Shown: positions 61,975 through 64,000 of the stretch, one piece after another
Layout: every line of letters starts with the position of its first letter
How positions within the stretch are numbered: the first letter of the stretch is position 1
Source of the DNA: Lama guanicoe
Taxonomy: Eukaryota
Length of the DNA: 64,000 bases
NCBI GenBank assembly: GCA_013239625.1
Contig: MU055600.1
Location: 8,806,738 to 8,870,737, forward strand
Reading direction: 5' to 3'
Program-made: the position numbers and the translations under genes
The notes under the pieces: generated by a model
What the model was told of the DNA's origin: nothing
Seen by the model: the letters and a program-made list of their open reading frames with translations, nothing else
Databases searched by the model: none

Positions 61975-62480
61975 AACCCATTCCGATTCAGTTACTGCAC
62001 GAATCCAGGCACTGCTGGGTACACAGATGAATGAACACCATCACTGCCCAGGAGGCATTCTAGGAGTATGCCTGGCCCAGAAGGGGGTAAACTAATCACA
62101 GTGTGACATTTGCAGTGACATACACATGTAAAAGTCCAGAAATGTTAACGAGCAGGGAGTGTTTTGTTGGAGAGAACAGGAAAGGAAAGGCTTTCCAGGG
62201 GAGGCAAACTTTGGGCAGGATTTGAAGGCTAAGTGAGAATTTTCTAACGAAACAGAGCGCAGGGAGCTGGCAGGAGAGGAGAGAAGGGAGGGTGATATTC
62301 TTGAAAGAGGAGGGAGCATGTGGAGGGAGTCCCAAACAGCCTTGAACAGGTGGGATCTTCAGAGAGAGAGAATTGGTGGTGAGTAAAGTCTGAGGAGGTG
62401 GGAGGCCTCCGTAGGTGAGGATGGAAAGGCCTGCAGGGGCCCGTCAAAAAGGCCCAGTGATGCTTTGCTATGAAGCTCTA
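61975..62480 (-). mobile_element. L2 fragment
   Basis: caggcactgctgggtacacagatgaatgaa...gaaaggctttccaggggagg...gatttgaagg. Confidence 0.65.
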
Positions 62481-64000
62481 CTCTGCTATTCTCAAAACAC
62501 AGCATGGCTCTCCATTCTAATTGTTCTAATGATAGAAACTCAACTAATGAGATATCCCCAATACCATTTCTGAATCGGAAGAGATATTCTGATGAAAATG
62601 GTTCTATCTTCCATCTCCTTTCTGTAAGAGTCACAAGTGTTTTTTGGAACCTCTGTCCATTTCTCTGCTGTCTTCCAAAGTGGAGTAGCACTGAAGAGTT
62701 TTATCCTAATGCCCCTCCATCCTCAGTTGCCTCCACACCAACACACAAGACCTCTGGAATCCTCACCGAGCTCTCATTTCTTGTGAGTGACAGCATCTTT
62801 GTTCTGAGGAGATCTGCTGAGATTAAAACAAGCTCTCAACCAGTTATTGGACAAGGAGCAACATTCCAGAGAAAGAGAGGGGACTTGTAATCGGTAGGAA
62901 GAGGTTTCAGGGTTAGTCAAATCCTATGAAGCTCAAGACTGAGCTCCTGTTTCTGAGAAAACTGATCATCCAGGTTGAGATATGGACATGGCCAACCCAA
63001 CCCTATGAATCATGCACCTGCTGTAAGAGATAGGGAGAAACAGCCTCTTTTCCCAGCTGGGATTGGCATTGAGCCCCGACTGCAAATGGCTGCAACCAGG
63101 CACTGGACTGTGGAATTGAGTCCAGATCCCTGTCTGACCTGCCAGCTCCTGTAGCTTGCCTTGGCTCAAGGCCTGGAAAGACTGAGGCTGTAGACTGATG
63201 GAAGGGATGCGGTGACCAGGCGGGGACTGAACCCACACAGGAAGATCAAAATGAAGCTGGACTGTCACGTGCTACAGACAGACGCAGGCGCTCACCCAAG
63301 AAGGGTCCTGGCCACAGATGGTGTTCCCTGGAGCTCGGAGGAGATAGTTCCTCATATTCCAGGAGGTGAAAGAGGAGTGGAAGAGAAGGAACCCTCACTT
63401 AGAGAAGGGGTTAGGACTCTGGTGTCTGGATGATCTGATTCAAGTCTGATTCTGTCATCAGCAGTAATATCTGTATCCCACCAGGGCAAATGCTGTGTCC
63501 GTCTTGATCGTCCTGATATCCCAACACCCACCCCAGAAAACACTCCATCAGTTTGTTGACTTATTTTAGAAGTTAATTCTTTGGGATTTTTATGTCTTTG
63601 AACTTTATGTTTCTCCTCTGATGGAAGTGGAAAATACTGACCGTGTTCTTGTGAAGATTTCCTGTTAAAACACACTAAAGCCCCTAACAGATTGCCTACC
63701 TCTTAGTCGTAGTAATTTGCAAACAAATGCTGGCTTCTCTCTTTAACCTGCTCATCTTCCTGCATAATTTTTGTAGAATAGTTTGAAAATCAGGTTGTTA
63801 TATGACCGTTGACCACCAGTACATCTCCAGGGAAAGAATTATAGGACAGTATAATATGATACGTTGTATATTGGTAAATAACCAGCATTTATTTGTGAAG
63901 TAATTGACTGAGCAACTGCTTTATACTTTAATCTCCACACAAAAATGATCTAAATACCTTGCACTCAGCAAAGACTCAAACATTTTTTATTGATTGAATG

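Noticed and set aside
63352-63675. Minus-strand 107-aa ORF with acceptor-like ttttaacag
   Set aside because: Weak polypyrimidine tract and donors, no homology recognised, and no linked minus-strand exons.
1-64000. CRISPR arrays, operons or prokaryote-type defence systems
   Set aside because: The sequence is mammalian, with no repeat-spacer arrays or dense coding blocks.

Overview
Mammalian genomic DNA, probably camelid (Camelus/Vicugna/Lama). The assignment rests on a tRNA-Ala-derived vic-1-type SINE at ~22.1 kb and on cetartiodactyl-type L1 3' ends. The window looks like a long intron or gene-poor interval: CpG-depleted, with two N gaps, and tiled with MIR, L2, L1, hAT DNA transposons (MER5, MER20, MER58, MER81) and solo LTRs (MER41-like, MLT2, MLT1). 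I recognise no complete protein-coding gene. The ORF track is chance ORFs plus decayed L1 ORF2 pieces. There are no rRNA or true tRNA genes and no CRISPR arrays, and I found no convincing new biological system. Best leads: a 20-nt + strand microexon with strong splice signals (32795-32814); a recursive-splice-site-like AG|GT followed by a 45-nt RS-exon (39736-39780); a MER41-like solo LTR with altered STAT/GAS motifs (10910-11414); and a 16-bp target-site-duplication (TSD)-like repeat bracketing an L1 plus non-L1 DNA (4718-6431). Repeat family names come from my recognition of consensus sequences, not from a database search. Boundaries of old repeats are approximate.
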